From the NCBI GenBank assembly GCA_964035545.1, contig OZ037770.1, positions 9,182,973 to 9,246,972 of the forward strand: a stretch of DNA of 64,000 nucleotides, in the 5' to 3' direction. The notes below the pieces were generated by a model, which was not told where the DNA came from, did no database searches, and saw nothing but the letters and a program-made list of their open reading frames with translations. This document shows positions 1-13,650 of this stretch, piece by piece. Made by a program: the position numbers and the translations under genes. Positions within the stretch are counted from its first letter, which is position 1, and each line of letters begins with the position of its first letter. The stretch is from Bugula neritina (lineage: Eukaryota; Animalia; Bryozoa).

Positions 1-19
1 TTCATAAAATGAATATGAT

Positions 20-289
20 TTTATGTAAAAATAGCACTGGTGAAAGTGGCATGGTAAAAATAGCACAGCTAATAATGGAACAAATAGAAAGTAGGTAAAA
101 TGGCAAACTGATGGTAAATCTTCCCAAACCCCCCACCCAAACCCAGGCGCCTAAACCTCAACCCCCAACCTAACCCTCAACCTTAATATTGAAAATGTGT
201 CATTTTTACCTACTTAGACACTTGTGCCATTATTACCTGTGCCAATATTACCTGTGCCACTTTTACCTGTGTCACTTTTACCGGACACC
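20..289. repeat. Non-autonomous foldback-type repeat
   Basis: Arrays of GGTAAAA(N)TGGCAC-like units on the left mirrored by GTGCCA(N)TTTTACC on the right, around a CCCAAACC/CCTAACCC core. Confidence 0.55.
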
Positions 290-482
290 AATAAATACAC
301 ATAAGATTTGAAAATAGGCTTTAATTATTAATATATGGAGGATTTTGACAGTGAAAATGACACTGAACTTTCTAGTGGCCTTTTTGGTGGCTCAGGGTTA
401 TTTTACGGCCTTTTCCCAAACAAAGGTTGAGCACTAGATTCTAGAACAATAGTGCAAGTAATCTATAGTCTAGTTTATCTAC

Positions 483-3240
483 CTTTGACCTTTAGAGACA
501 TGACATCACACAGCTCTAGTTCAGGTATTTCAACAGATATCAGTCTCTGTATTTTATCTTTAATCTCTGCAAATCCTTCAACCAGATCCACCTACAGTAT
601 ATAAGCATAGCATTAGTCAGTGGGACTAAAAAGACGGTCTTTTTAGTTACAACTTCCTACTGTTTTTCTGCATTAGTTCACTTAAAGTTACGAATGGTAA
701 AAAAGCGTGGTGTGCCTGGCATGAGCATATTGCAGCAAACTACCTATTCAAAAACGCTATGGCCAGTATCCTATTTAGAATTAAAAAAACTTTGTTTTAG
801 GCCGACACAACTTTACAACAATTCTTTTAAATACAATTTTGTAACACATTGGAGTTTGCAAGCACACAACTATAGAGCTAATACAGAAATGAATAATCAG
901 GCATTGTGATTGTCAATCTAAGTATTTCATCAGTTTTTTTTAACTTAAAGATTTACAAAAACATAATCTAAATATATTTAGTAGACAGATGGTGAAAACT
1001 GCTCACCTGGTGGTTTTGTCTAAGTTGAGCTTCTATCTTCATTCTACTGTTACTCAGTTGAGACAAAACAGTTCCAACTTCTCTCTCCATGTATCTGTTC
1101 AGTTCCTCGTTAATCTTCTTTCTAGTAGCTAAGAATTCCTTCTCCAGTTTCTCATACTTTAGTCTCACTTCAGTCAACTACATCATACATTGTATCAGCG
1201 AATTGTAGAGAGTGGACAACATAATGGAGAAAGTGTTTCAGAGTTGATTGTAGAATTTTGATAACATATCAACTCAGAATAGTAGCTAGTCACCTAACTG
1301 TTACTCTTAAGTATTAGTATTGCAATGTTTTACTAACACCTGACTACAGAATGTAGATTACAGAGTAACACAAAGTATTTTCTACAAACACACAACCTGT
1401 TCATCACGCTGTGTATGAAGAATATTCAGCAATTCCTCCGTCTCATTATCAAAGTCTGACACAGTTTTAGAAAGGTGTTTGAAGAAAGCAGACATCTTGT
1501 CTTCAGTGGTGAGAAGATCATCTTTATTGATAAGCTCTTTGATTAAGTCATCTAGATTAACCATGTGGTGTGGTGAGTCTAAAACGAAAATGAAAGAAAA
1601 TGACTTCATAGGCCTGCAAAACAAAAACGTAGTGAGCAGCTGAAAAATCACTCTCTGCTGTGATATGCTATTGCTAGTGCATAAACAACACATTCATGTT
1701 ACCTACAGCAACATGCAGTTCTCTGTACTTCTTCCTGTTGAATAAAGCAGTCATATATTGTCTTTGAGCAGCCAATAATAAAAACTAAACCCAACTTGGA
1801 TTACTGCAGTTTCACTAAGTTTCAGCAATAAACACTGGAAAATTGAAATGAAATATGGAAAGGCAACTTTCTCACACACTTTACAGATAAGGGGAGCTCT
1901 AGATTACAAATAGTTCCTTCCAATTAGCATTAAACATGATTTATAACAAAAAGAAATGCAACTTCAATACCACAATCCTTTGTGCTGATATCACAAATTA
2001 TGGGGTTGACATTTGTTTCAATAGGCAACACAACGACATTTGCCAGGCTACATAACTATCCTTCCATTGTACATCATAAATAAGTTATTTCTACAAAAAT
2101 GTATCACCTTAAAACTTCTTATTCTATTCGTGAACAACATTACAAGAAGACACATGAAGAAAACAGAGATGCTTAAAAATAGCAAGACGCACAGATTCTA
2201 TTCAAAGTAAGCTAGCTTCTGATTTACTAAGCGTGTTCATGAATATTACAAAAGTTTAGCAATTAACTTTCAGCAGAACTTCTTTACCTCCGACACACAG
2301 GTTGCTTGAAGAGACACAATTCAAACAGAACAGCTGAACACAGACTTTACATCCGTGTATGTAGGGATATGCTGTGTGTTTGGGATAAACTCTTCTTTCC
2401 AGTCTCTTGGCTTGTATTCTGTAGTCAGAGATGGTCATTTTCTGGTGGTCATCATTGGTGTCATCATGTGACTGAATATAACATAATTTATATCTACTAA
2501 AGTGAACCCGACTCCGCATAGCCGGAAAGAAACGAAACCTACATGTACTTACATGAAGTAAACATTTACAAATATTTACAAGAAAATAACAATTCCCATC
2601 AACAACTAGTATAGAAATAATTGTATGATCTGCATGAAAGCAGATGAAATAGTTAAAAGTGAAACACAATTTCTTAATGATTCTTACATATCAACATTAA
2701 GGTAAAACATATAATCAAAGGCTGAGTTAGAGTATGCAGTGTTGAATATCAACTGAAGAAGTATTTAATGAAAGTATCACCTCATCATGTTTTCTGCAGA
2801 AGAGTTTACAGCACACAGTACAGTATATGACTGCTGGTACTTTTTTCAGTCCCTTTTTAGTGCACACGACACATGATACGGAGTTGTCTGCTACATTAGC
2901 AGATGGAAGACTCTCCACTCTCACATCAAACACTTCCCTGTCACAAGACGCATAATTATTTAATAACAAACAAAATCATATACAATGAACTGCAATAATT
3001 TAGTATAAGGTAATGCATATGGTGTAAATTACTCATCAAATTTTTACTAACAGTATGTGTCAGCTCTGCCCATACAAAACTAACTTACCTACACCAGGGA
3101 CACCTGATCATGTCATTCACATCAACATTACGAGTAAGACATAGTAAACAGTGTACATGACCACATGGTAGACACTTGGGATTCTCTAAACCTTCTTTTA
3201 GTAAACAGAATCCACACTCAACTTCTTCTGCTGCAGCCAT
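483..3240 (-). CDS. TRIM (RING/B-box/B-box/coiled-coil) E3 ligase, array copy 1; propeller exons lie beyond the window start
   Basis: Exons with GT-AG ends and consistent phase: 3240-3089 (MAAAEEVECGFCLLKEGLENPKCLPCGHVHCLLCLTRNVDVNDMIRCPWCR, C3HC4 RING), 2937-2781 (B-box CxxC..CxxCxxxxCxxH), 2471-2288 (second B-box), 1578-1397, 1177-1007, 591-483 (coiled coil). Confidence 0.88.
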
Positions 3241-4633
3241 TTCACTCAATTCTACATTATAAAACAGGAGAACATATTATAAAGTGTATTCAGATCCCAT
3301 GTAGTTTACTGTAATGAGAAAATTTAGTAGTTTAAGTTTGTGTCTCTTCTCACTCACTACAATAGACTTTTTAAAATAATATGATCTGCACCTCAAGAAA
3401 AACTGTAATAATATAATAACTGCAAAGTACATTCTAGTATTAATTAAAACAGCTGCTAGTAGATAATGATTATACTGCATGTAATATTAAACTGCTAGTA
3501 GTAGTAATAATAGTTAGCCTACATAACTTTGAGCTGGTAAAAGTATGACAAGTCATTGCCCATGGGTAAAGAATATTAGAATCTTATTATCACTATAATT
3601 GTGGGTGATTAGGTTTAGTATTAGTAATAAACATCAAGCACATAATGACCAAATATTATCATGATACCAGCACTCGATTTAGCTGTTAAATTTAGTGATT
3701 ATGGCAAGCATTTGAAATACAGTTACATGCCTCAATAAATGCTTTTCAACTTCAAGTTCATTTAAAGTTTTACTTTTAAGGTGAGGATAATGATGCTTTA
3801 GTTTTCAGGTTATTTTGTGAATAGCACTGTCACCTTTGTCATCAATAGAAATATAAAAATTATAATAACAAAGTTTGACCCATAATATCAACAGACTTGT
3901 ATTATTATTTATAACTCTATATAGTTTAAGATATCATAATTTCGAAATGCTTTTTCTTCTACATGCTAGTCTCAACATATAAATACTAAAAATAAATCAA
4001 ACTGAAAGAAATAGTCATTTATATTAGATAATCACTTGCTGTTAAACAGTATGAATAACTTTAGAACCACAAGAATAATTTTTGCGGTATTGTAGGATGA
4101 AACGTGCAATTTCCATTTTTGGAACTAGCATAAACAATATTTAGCCTAGAAAATACATACTAGTGGACAGCAATTACAGTTATACTGCATGTAATATCAT
4201 ACCATTAGTATTAACCATAGTAGTTAGTCAATAGTCTTAAATAATTTAGACTTTAGAATCTATAAACAATTGACAAACAAATGTCTATAAAACTGGAGTA
4301 ATCGATTGTCAATATGATCATCACTGTGATTGTGACACATTAAATCAAAATATCATGGTAATGTTTCAGTATTATGACATCACCACCTGTCTCTGCTGTA
4401 ATATATCAAATATCTGTTGCGAACATTCGAAATACAGCCAAAAGTTTTAACAAATTATGTTCAACTTCAAGTTCTTTTTACAGTTTTATATTTTACTTTC
4501 AGAGGAAGATAATTATAATCATAATCAATATCATAACGCCTAACGGATAATAGGACTAAGACTATTGATTTTCATACTATTCTGTGAATGACACCTTAAC
4601 AGTATTGATAGAAATATAGCAAATAAAACTGAC

Positions 4634-4930
4634 CTAAGTTGTGTTCAGGTAACAAATACCAGAGTTAACCACTTCACAGGAAGAACTTCCAAATGAGGGT
4701 AAGAACTCCAAGTCCGAGCACAGCTTGCAATCGAAGTGGAGCTTTCCCGGAACGGAGAAACGCCTCTTTCGGAAATGACGTCAAACCAATAAACGCGTTT
4801 AGTCGTCGGGGTTACTCTCTCTTGTTTTGATCCAAGGGGTATTAAAGTTTGAAGTGCGGTTGATTGTGCCCACCGTACATCACAATAGCATGCCTCCATG
4901 GTTATAGGGTCACGAGATCAAGCAGCCGAC
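4634..4930 (-). promoter_or_regulatory. Non-coding first exon and promoter of TRIM copy 1
   Basis: Donor AG|GTCAGT at 4634/4633; CpG-richer island with GAS-type TTCCCGGAA (4744-4752), CGGAAATGACGTCA ETS-CRE-like (4770-4783) and CCAAT (4786-4790); homologous to 13.3-13.65 kb and 30.7-31.0 kb. Confidence 0.65.
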
Positions 4931-5811
4931 ACTTTCAATATTACACTGTACAGCGCATACGCTGCTATGTAAATAAACCTATTTAGTAATGCAGGTATAA
5001 ATAGCTGTGTAATATATTGCAAACTACCACATGTAAAAGAAAGTCTATGCATACAGTATTACGAAGTCAGTCTTTCAGAAAGTCGCAGTCAGAGGCTGTT
5101 CAATATCTATACTGACAGCTTAAAAACAAGATTTTATATTTCAGTTTTAGTTGCCACCTGACAGTTTTAGATAACTATGGAGTTATTGCTTGTTCAGTCA
5201 ACAGTTTTGTGCTGATTTATGAAGCATCTACAAAGTTATAAAATTTAACAAATAGATTCATTCAGCATAATGCAGCTGTTGGTATGGCAGGAAACTTATA
5301 ATGCAGGTAACTTATATAAGTTATAACTTTGGCAAGTATGTTATGGAATATATAATCTGATAATCAGATAATAGACTGTTAATGTCATACTCTATGAATA
5401 ATAGAGAGACTGTAACTTATTTTACTAGAGCAAGACTTGGTGATATAGCATTGTTAGTGAAATATTTTGCCATCAGTAACTGCAATCACTTAGCAGCTGT
5501 AGTCACCTTAATTTATTCACTGTTGATAGAAAAGATTGGAATAATTCATATTCTCGACTTTCGTCCTAACACTGCCAATCAAATGGTGAGATGATAACAT
5601 TGCCATCAGTAACTCTAATAACTTTTGTGTTAATTCACTGTTTATAGATTAGATTGGAATAATCATTCACATTGACTATTATTCTAACACAGCCAACCAA
5701 ATGATAAGCTGATCACATAATATCAAACAGGTAATAGACACCATGTTTCTACCTGCCAGATCTACACTCAGCTATGAGTAGTTCCTAAGGAATGTCAATC
5801 TTCCAGAAAGA

Positions 5812-6014
5812 GGTGCAGTAATAAAGAAATGATGAGAAGTCTGCGTTCTAGATCAGAACATTTGCAAAAAAGTTATGTTTTATAAGAGAGAATTTGAACC
5901 TAAATGCAAACCAAAACAGAAACAAGTTGCAAAAGTCATGCTGTCATGCTAGAGGCGCAAAATTCATAGACAAGTCAGGAGCTTAGGTTATCGTGATTTC
6001 TCAGTTACTGCACC
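5812..6014. mobile_element. MITE family A (GGTGCAGTA ends)
   Basis: TIR GGTGCAGTAA...TTACTGCACC; interior similar to 32948-33088 and 51415-51572. Confidence 0.65.
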
Positions 6015-7233
6015 ATAATTATCAACAACTTATCTACATGGTGCTCTTTGTATTATTCAGCTCTGGTTATACAAAGTATTCAGTTACCAAATACCATTAG
6101 CTTAAAAACAGAAGCAATTTTTATTTTGTATTACAGTAAAGAGAAATAAAGATTACACTATTTACCTAGCAACATAACATAAAAATGCAGTGAAATAAAA
6201 GTATCAGTACTTAATGTTTATGAACATGGTGATAAAAAATTGTATATATTGTAATATAGCTTGTAATATGAAATTAGCATAGATCATTAGGTTTGAAGTT
6301 TTAAAACGAATACATTGTGTGAACTATTAGCTAACCATACAAATACACCAAATTGAAATTAACATAAAGTAAAATAAATGTAACAGTTTAGTAGATGGCA
6401 TTTGATAGTAAAGTAGCCCTCAGTGTTAATATGGCAATATTTCATCCTATAATAGAGATAGACAAATGGCTATCATTGGGATTATCATAAACTCTATATG
6501 ACCACCAATATAAAGTAGTATGAATATACAGGAACATAAGCTAAGAAATAGAGCTCAAGTTACTTCAGTTTGTACTGTCAATCATTACATGTTACAAGAT
6601 ACCAGTAAAGAGAAATTATACTGTAAAATAGGCTTCATATGTTATTCACTGAGACGTCATACATCCTCCCGCACTGTATCACAGCTTGGTGTCTAGAGGC
6701 TCAGTCTACAGTCTTCTGAAACATCTAGAAATAACAGACACAGTGATAACATTGGTATAGCATCATAACTAAGACTAACAGATATACAAGTTGAGATGTC
6801 CACCTCAGTCATTACATAACAAATATGTACACATGAGAACACAGAGTGAAGACTAACTGTATATCTACATATCAACTCATAACTAGTAGACATAGAGAGT
6901 AGCTCAAAGTGCTGGTCATACAGTTAGTTGTATACAGCTGAATCTCTTCTCTTATAAAACTAAAAAGAATATATGTCCAGGTTATGACATCATCTCCAAC
7001 ATACTTCAGTATGATTTTATCATTACATGAAAATCACAGAGATCTGCTGCAGAGTATAGAAACTACTAGTAGCAGACGTCATAGAAATACTGAGAGAAGA
7101 CAACTCTAAGGCGGGATATTATAATCACCTATGGAACTGCTGCACTGTAAGGATGTATTCAAACAGAGTCTAGTCTAATAAACAGTATAATAAATGTACC
7201 ACAAGATGGACTAATACCCTGTCACACACCTGT

Positions 7234-10200
7234 TTAGTTTAGCTGGTAAAACAGAACTTTCTTCTCACTCCATCTAGGTACAATTAGAGTGTCTTTATAC
7301 ACATGGAGATCCCACACATGACTCATAGCTCTATCAGTTGGATCTTCTACTTTGGACAGTTGTGTACCTGTAACAGGAAACGATGTATTAGTGTGTCATC
7401 ACTAGTACATAGCATAGTATATTTTATAGTGTGAGACTGTGAGAAACACTAATATATTGGGAACAGTAGTTAACTAACCAATGTAAAACTAACCTGTCTC
7501 CACATCCAGTATCCAGATGGTGGTTTTACTGCTGCGGTTAGTCACAAGAATATATTTACTTCTATAGCAGGTCACACCTTGTGGTTTAGATATATCCTTG
7601 AATGTCCAGATGACTTTCTCTGTTGTCAAGTCTAATTTAAATACTTGAGAGGAATCATAGTCAGAAACTACTACACAATGTCTGTCTGCTGCACATATTG
7701 CTGTATACCTATTACTGAGTAGAGGGCAGGGGACATGTTTAACTACCTCCCCAGTAAGAGAGTAGATTGTAAGTCTTGTACTGTGTCTATCAGGGACTAC
7801 AATCCGATCATCAACAATAGCAAGTTTGTTTACATACCCACTATTATCATGGTGAGACCAGCTGGTCACCTGTTTCCCAGTGAGATCATACACATGTATC
7901 TTCCAATTAGTGTTGCTGATACGCTGTAGAGCATACAGCTTATTCTTAAGTACTGTGACTCCAGTTACAGAGTTAGTAAGAGAAGTAAATGACTTGGAAA
8001 CACTGAAACTCTCATCTATTCTGTCTATCCCTGCACCACTATGCAGCCCTACATAAGTGTTACCCTCATATTTACAGGCAGAATAACACAGACTAGAAAC
8101 ATCAACAGACTGCAGGAGTTTGAGAGAATTAGGAAGAGTAGGAGTTGTCACTCCTTGATCTAAACTAATAAACATGTCTGCTGCAGGAACCAAGTCTATT
8201 TCTACATCTCTCTTCTCTTCTACAACATACATGTGAATATGTGTGTATAATTATATATAAGTGAGTATGTATATATAATATTTATGTCATATAAAAGTGA
8301 GTATATGTATAAATTCTATTATTAAAAACTCTGAGTAAACCTACACACAGGGCTATTTCAACAGATATTCAAAATTTCCAACCAGTAGTTTCACACATGA
8401 AGGCATTTTTCAGATAATATACGGAATATTGATGTTCTCATATAATAATATATAATTCAGATACATGATTTTTATACATTTTTATAATGTTATTAGCAAT
8501 CTAATAGTGTGCGTCTTCATTAGAACAATATTACATTATATTACTATAGTAGATAAATTACCTAACTTAATACTTCCAATAAAATCTGCAACAGTAGTGC
8601 AAGTAATCTATAGTTTAGTATACTAACCTTTGACCTGTAGAGACATGACACCACACAGCTCTATTTTAGTATACTAACCTTTGACCTTCAGAGACATGAC
8701 ATCACACAGCTCTAGTTTAGGTATCTCAACAGATATCAGTCTCTGTATTCTCTCTTTAATCTCTGCAAATCCCTCAACCAGATCCACCTACAGCATGTGA
8801 CCACATATGAACAGTTGCTAAAGATCTACTTTATATCTGTCTTCTGCTTATAATATATATTACTGGGAGTAGACTTTGCTTATTTGTATAATGAACAATT
8901 TGTATAACATGCACTATTCACTATTATAAAAAATATGAGGCAGGCTATTTTAATACACCATACACACCTGCACCATATAATAAGCATTATATAGCCATAT
9001 GTGAAGACAACTTCACTCAAAAAGAAATTTCAGCCTTGAGTTTAATTGCAAAATTTACACAAGGAAATGTCAAAATTACCAGTTGCATTATACATGAAGA
9101 ACAAATTTAAGGTGACAAACAGATACTAATATAAACTATAAATAGCCCTTTATTTAAGTTTGCTTCAAGTCTGGTTTAAAACTCTACAACTTCACATGAG
9201 ATGACGAATTAGTATATTATCATGACATCGTAACTATACAGCTATGACATCATAACTATACAGCTATGGTGTCATAGCTTGTAGATTGTTTACTGTGTAC
9301 TGTTGCTATACAGCTATAACAGAAGTCATCAACCAAAGCTGGTCTATAGAAAATGAATAAAAAAAAACAGCTTTTATCTATTATATTGTAGTTTTTACTT
9401 TCTCTTTTGAGAAGGGCTAAAGCGTTTGGCTTAGTAAACACAAAGTCATGGGTTCAAACCCCAGTAAATACCATTGGTGATGTCAGGAAGAGTATCCAAT
9501 CAAAATTGCTCATATGTCACATATGAATACGTCTTTAGCTTTAAAAAACCCCTTCGTTCTGAGTTTCTTACAGGGATAGTGAGAATAAAATCATGTTTAA
9601 GAGAGCTATAATAAAAAATAAACAATGATCAGAGATAAACTACTAAAATAGCTATTCTTCGAAACCCATGAAAATACAATAGGAATATATTTGGTAGACA
9701 GACGATGAACACTGCTCACCTGATGGTTTTGTCTAAGTTGAGCTTCTATCTTCATTCTACTGTTACTCAGTTGAGACAAAACAGTTTCAACTTCTCTCTC
9801 CATGTATCTGTTCAGTTCCTCTTTAGTCTTCTTTCTACTAGCTAAGAATTCCTTCTCCAGTTTCTCATACTTTAGTCTCACTTCAGTCAACTACATCATA
9901 CATTGTATCAGCACGTTGTAGAAAGTGAGCAACACATAAGAGAAAGTGTTTCAGAGTTGATTGTAGAAGAAAACAACATTGTAAAAAAATAGTATTTTAA
10001 TTTACACAGAATAGTAGCTAGTCACCTAACTGTTACTCTAAAGCATTAGTATTGCAATGTTTTACTAACACCTGACTACAGAATGTAGATTACAGAGTAA
10101 CACAAAGTATTTTCTATAAACACACAACCTGTTCATCACACTGTGTATGAAGAATATTCAGCAATTCCTCAGTCTCATTATCAAAGTCTGACACAGTTTT

Positions 10201-12531
10201 AGAAAGGTGTTTGAAGAAAGTAGACATCTTGTCTTCAGTGGTGAGAAGATCATCTATATTGATAAGCTCTTTGATTAAGTCATCTAGATTAACCATGTCA
10301 TGTTTAGAGTCTAAAATAGAAATGAAAATATATGCAAATTAGTACACATTTCACTAACCTGATAGCACTACAGTAATATAACCTCACAGTAGTTAGACAG
10401 TCAAGTAAGCCTAGGGCCACACTGTGGGTATTTTCGCATGCGAAAATTGAAACCACAAGTAGCAAAGGTGTCCACTGTAGCGTCAGTGATGCGTGATAAA
10501 TAAAGCTTTCATTTTTAAATCGCACTCGCTTTCAATAAAACGCAATTTACTGGAATGTAGCACTAAAATAAAGAAATTGGGCTCGCTGAATAACTACCAG
10601 CCAATTAGGTGACGACGACAGAGACGATTTGCACTTGCATTGAGAATGCTGAGCGACAAGTGCGAATGTTTTCTAAAACGCGTACAGTGGACACCTTTGC
10701 TACTTGTGATTTCAATTTTCGCATGCGAAAATACGCACAGTGTGGCCCTAAGCTAACCAGTACTACATAACCAGAAGGTAGTGAGAAGCTGAAATATCAC
10801 TACATGCTATGACTACTAGATATACAACATGTACTGTCACTTTAAAAATCTCTTTAAAATTAGAAAACACACTTAAAATCTATTGACTAGTTAATTTAAG
10901 GCAAAACCCTTTTGTAAATTAGTATTAATAAAATCAGACTAAATACCATGTTACGACAGAAAATTTCACGATAAAATCAAACGAGTAGTTATATCATGTA
11001 ACTGCAAAGGGGGTCGCGTAAGGGTTATGCAGTCAACATTTAAAACTATACTGATTACAGTAAAAACGCAATGAGTTACAGCAATGAAAAGTTTCAGACA
11101 AGCTGTACAGGTTATGGGAAGATAGTACTTAAAGTAATAATAAGACATGTAGCTTCATAGCTCTTCTACTCAAACTCTAGTGTTTATCTATTTTTATCTA
11201 ATCCTAGATTTACTAAAGAAGCCATAAAAAGTTATGAAACTCACATGAGATATAGTCGCCATCCCCCCCCACCCCTGTGTGAACACCTGATGAAAAAGGT
11301 CGTAGAATTCACATTACTTTATAGTCCCCATTATTGTGAGGCAACAAATGAAAAATGTAGGTTAATCAAGTGTGAGAGCCCTTATAAACTAGATGCTTTA
11401 AGTAGGCGAAGCTTTGTTTATGATTCCTGACATCATGACCCCTGACCTAATCTGGAATTCAAACTGATACCAGTGCTCTAACCACTATAGCTGTGCCCAC
11501 ACTGGAGAGGGTATATTATTTATTAGATATACTAAGGTTTATCAAATAGTTTTCAGTGGAACTTTCTTACCTCCAACACACAAGTTGCCTGAAGAGACAC
11601 AATTCAAACAGAACAGCTGTACACAGACTTTACATCCGTGTATGTAGGGATATGCTGTGTGTTTGGGACAAACTTTTCTTTCCAGTCTCTTGGCTTGTAT
11701 TCTGTAGTCAGTGATGGTCATCTTCTGGTGGTCATCACTGGTGTCATCATGTGACTGAATATAACAGAACATACATATAATGAGAAATATAACTCAACTA
11801 TCCATATAATGGAAAAGAAACGAAACTTACAAACACATGATCCAAACATGTACACCTATATATAGGTAAGCAACAATTTCCATCAGCACATAGTCTAGAA
11901 ATAAATGCATAATCTGCACAAAAATAAATAAAGCAGATAATTTAAGTGAAACATGATTTCTAAATGTTTTCTTACAAATCAACACTCAAATACAACAACA
12001 TGTAATCAGAGGCTTAGTTAGAGTATGCAGTGTTAAACATCAACTGAAGAAGTATTTAATGAAAGTATCACCTCATCATGTTTTCTGCAGAAGAGTTTAC
12101 GGCACACAGTACAGTATATGACTGCTGGTACTTTTTTCAACCCCTTTTTAGTGCAGACGTCACATGATACGGAGTTGTCTACTACATCAGCAGATGGAAG
12201 ATTCTCCACTCTCACATCAAACACTTCTCTGTGACAAGATACATAATTATTAAATAATAATTGAAACAATATATAATAGAATACAAAAAACTAGTACCTA
12301 CAACATAAAACATATGATGTAAATCATTAACTTTTTACAAACAGTATGTCTCAGCTCTGCTTATACAAAACTAACTTACCTACACCAGGGACACCTGATC
12401 ATGTCATTCACATCAACATTACGAGTAAGACACAGTAAACAGTGTACATGACCACATGGTAGATACTTGGGATTCTCTAAACCTTCTTTTAGTAAACAGA
12501 ATCCACACTCAACTTCTTCTGCTGCAGCCAT
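7234..12531 (-). CDS. TRIM-NHL-like E3 ligase (RING, 2 B-box, coiled coil, beta-propeller), array copy 2, apparently complete
   Basis: ATG at 12531, RING exon to 12380, B-box exons near 12.07-12.23 kb and 11.57-11.76 kb, coiled-coil exons near 10.13-10.31, 9.72-9.89 and 8.68-8.79 kb, propeller exon 8219-7494, last exon 7367-7234 (GTQLSKVEDPTDRAMSHVWDLHVYKDTLIVPRWSEKKVLFYQLN*). Confidence 0.9.
9410..9590 (+). mobile_element. tRNA-derived SINE, same family
   Basis: AGCGTTTGGCTTAGTAAACACAAAGTCATGGGTTCAAACCC...GGTGATGTCAGGAAGAGTATCCAATC; absent from the paralogous intron of copy 4. Confidence 0.78.
10414..10748. mobile_element. MITE, PIF/Harbinger-like
   Basis: About 65-bp near-perfect TIRs GGGCCACACTGTG...CACAGTGTGGCCC flanked by CTA/TAA; no ORF; in a TRIM copy 2 intron. 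Confidence 0.85.
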
Positions 12532-13304
12532 TTCACTCAACTCTATATTATAAAACAGGAGAATATATTATAAAGTGTATTCAGATCCCATGCAGTTCAC
12601 TGTATTGAGAAAATTTAGTAGTTTATGTTTGTGTCTCTTCTGACTCAAAACAATAGACTCGTTGAAATATGATTTGCACCTCAAAAAAAGTTCTTGTATA
12701 GCACTGTATTGTAAGATGTGCAAATCCCATTATTTAAAACAAACATTTATTGATGCAACTAGGTACTTCATACTAGTAGATAATTATCAAATACTGCTAA
12801 GACTAGTGACATTAGTTGGTGCTCACACTTAAAAGACTCGTATTTAAGCTCATAAACATATGGCAAATGGTTGTTCATAGCCATGCAACAAAAGAATTAC
12901 CATTGCGATTGTAGTTGTGATCCATCAAGTTCAACAAGAACAACAACAAACAATTCAATACAAACAATAAGCATCATGTACATAGAATTAAATATATTCC
13001 TAATTATTAAATATTACCATTGGCATTACGTCATCACATCTGAATCTACTGTATTACTTAAGATTGTGGAAAGCAATCAAAATACAGGCAATAACTTCAA
13101 CTAATTTTATCCAGCTTCAAGATTATGTAAAATTTTAGTTCTGAAATAAAGATCGTTAACGACCATACTTTTAGTTCTTGTATGATTATATTATAAATAT
13201 GTAAATATAATTATTTTCAATTTGTGAAACTGAATCAGAATCAGAATGACACCCTCACAGTTATCAGTTATGGCATTGGTAGAGATATAGAAAGTTAAAC
13301 TAAC

Positions 13305-13650
13305 TTAAGTTTTGTTCGAGTTTCCAGTTTACCACAAGGAAACCACGTTACACGAATAATCTTCAACTTGGATCCTGTTCTTCAGAGAGGAACTGTGAGC
13401 CCAAGGACAGCTACAGTTTCATTTTGCACCTTGCAGTCAAACTCAAAGTAGGACTTTGCCCAGATTAGGGAAACGCCTCTTTCGGAAATGACGTCACGTT
13501 CGAACGCTGACATCGTCAGGGTTACCCCCTCTTGTTTTTATAAAAATTTTACTAAAGTTAGAAGTGATACTTGCTCGGGTGACGATTCTAGCTGCACATC
13601 ACAATGACATGTCGCTATGGTTATAGTGTGACGTTTCCAAAAACTGGGCA
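13305..13650 (-). promoter_or_regulatory. Non-coding first exon and promoter of TRIM copy 2
   Basis: Donor AA|GTTAGT near 13304; CGGAAATGACGTCAC (13483-13497); IRF-like AGTTTCATTTT (13415-13425); GGGTTACCCC shared with copy 4. Confidence 0.62.

Noticed and set aside
4680-4920. snRNA or other structured RNA repeated in each array unit
   Set aside because: No recognisable snRNA sequence; conservation is in short transcription-factor-like motifs next to a conserved donor, which fits a promoter.
7735-7929. Antisense ORFs conserved across propeller exons (also 15920-16204 and 24917-25111)
   Set aside because: Shadow of the paralogous minus-strand exon; lengths vary and no motif is present.
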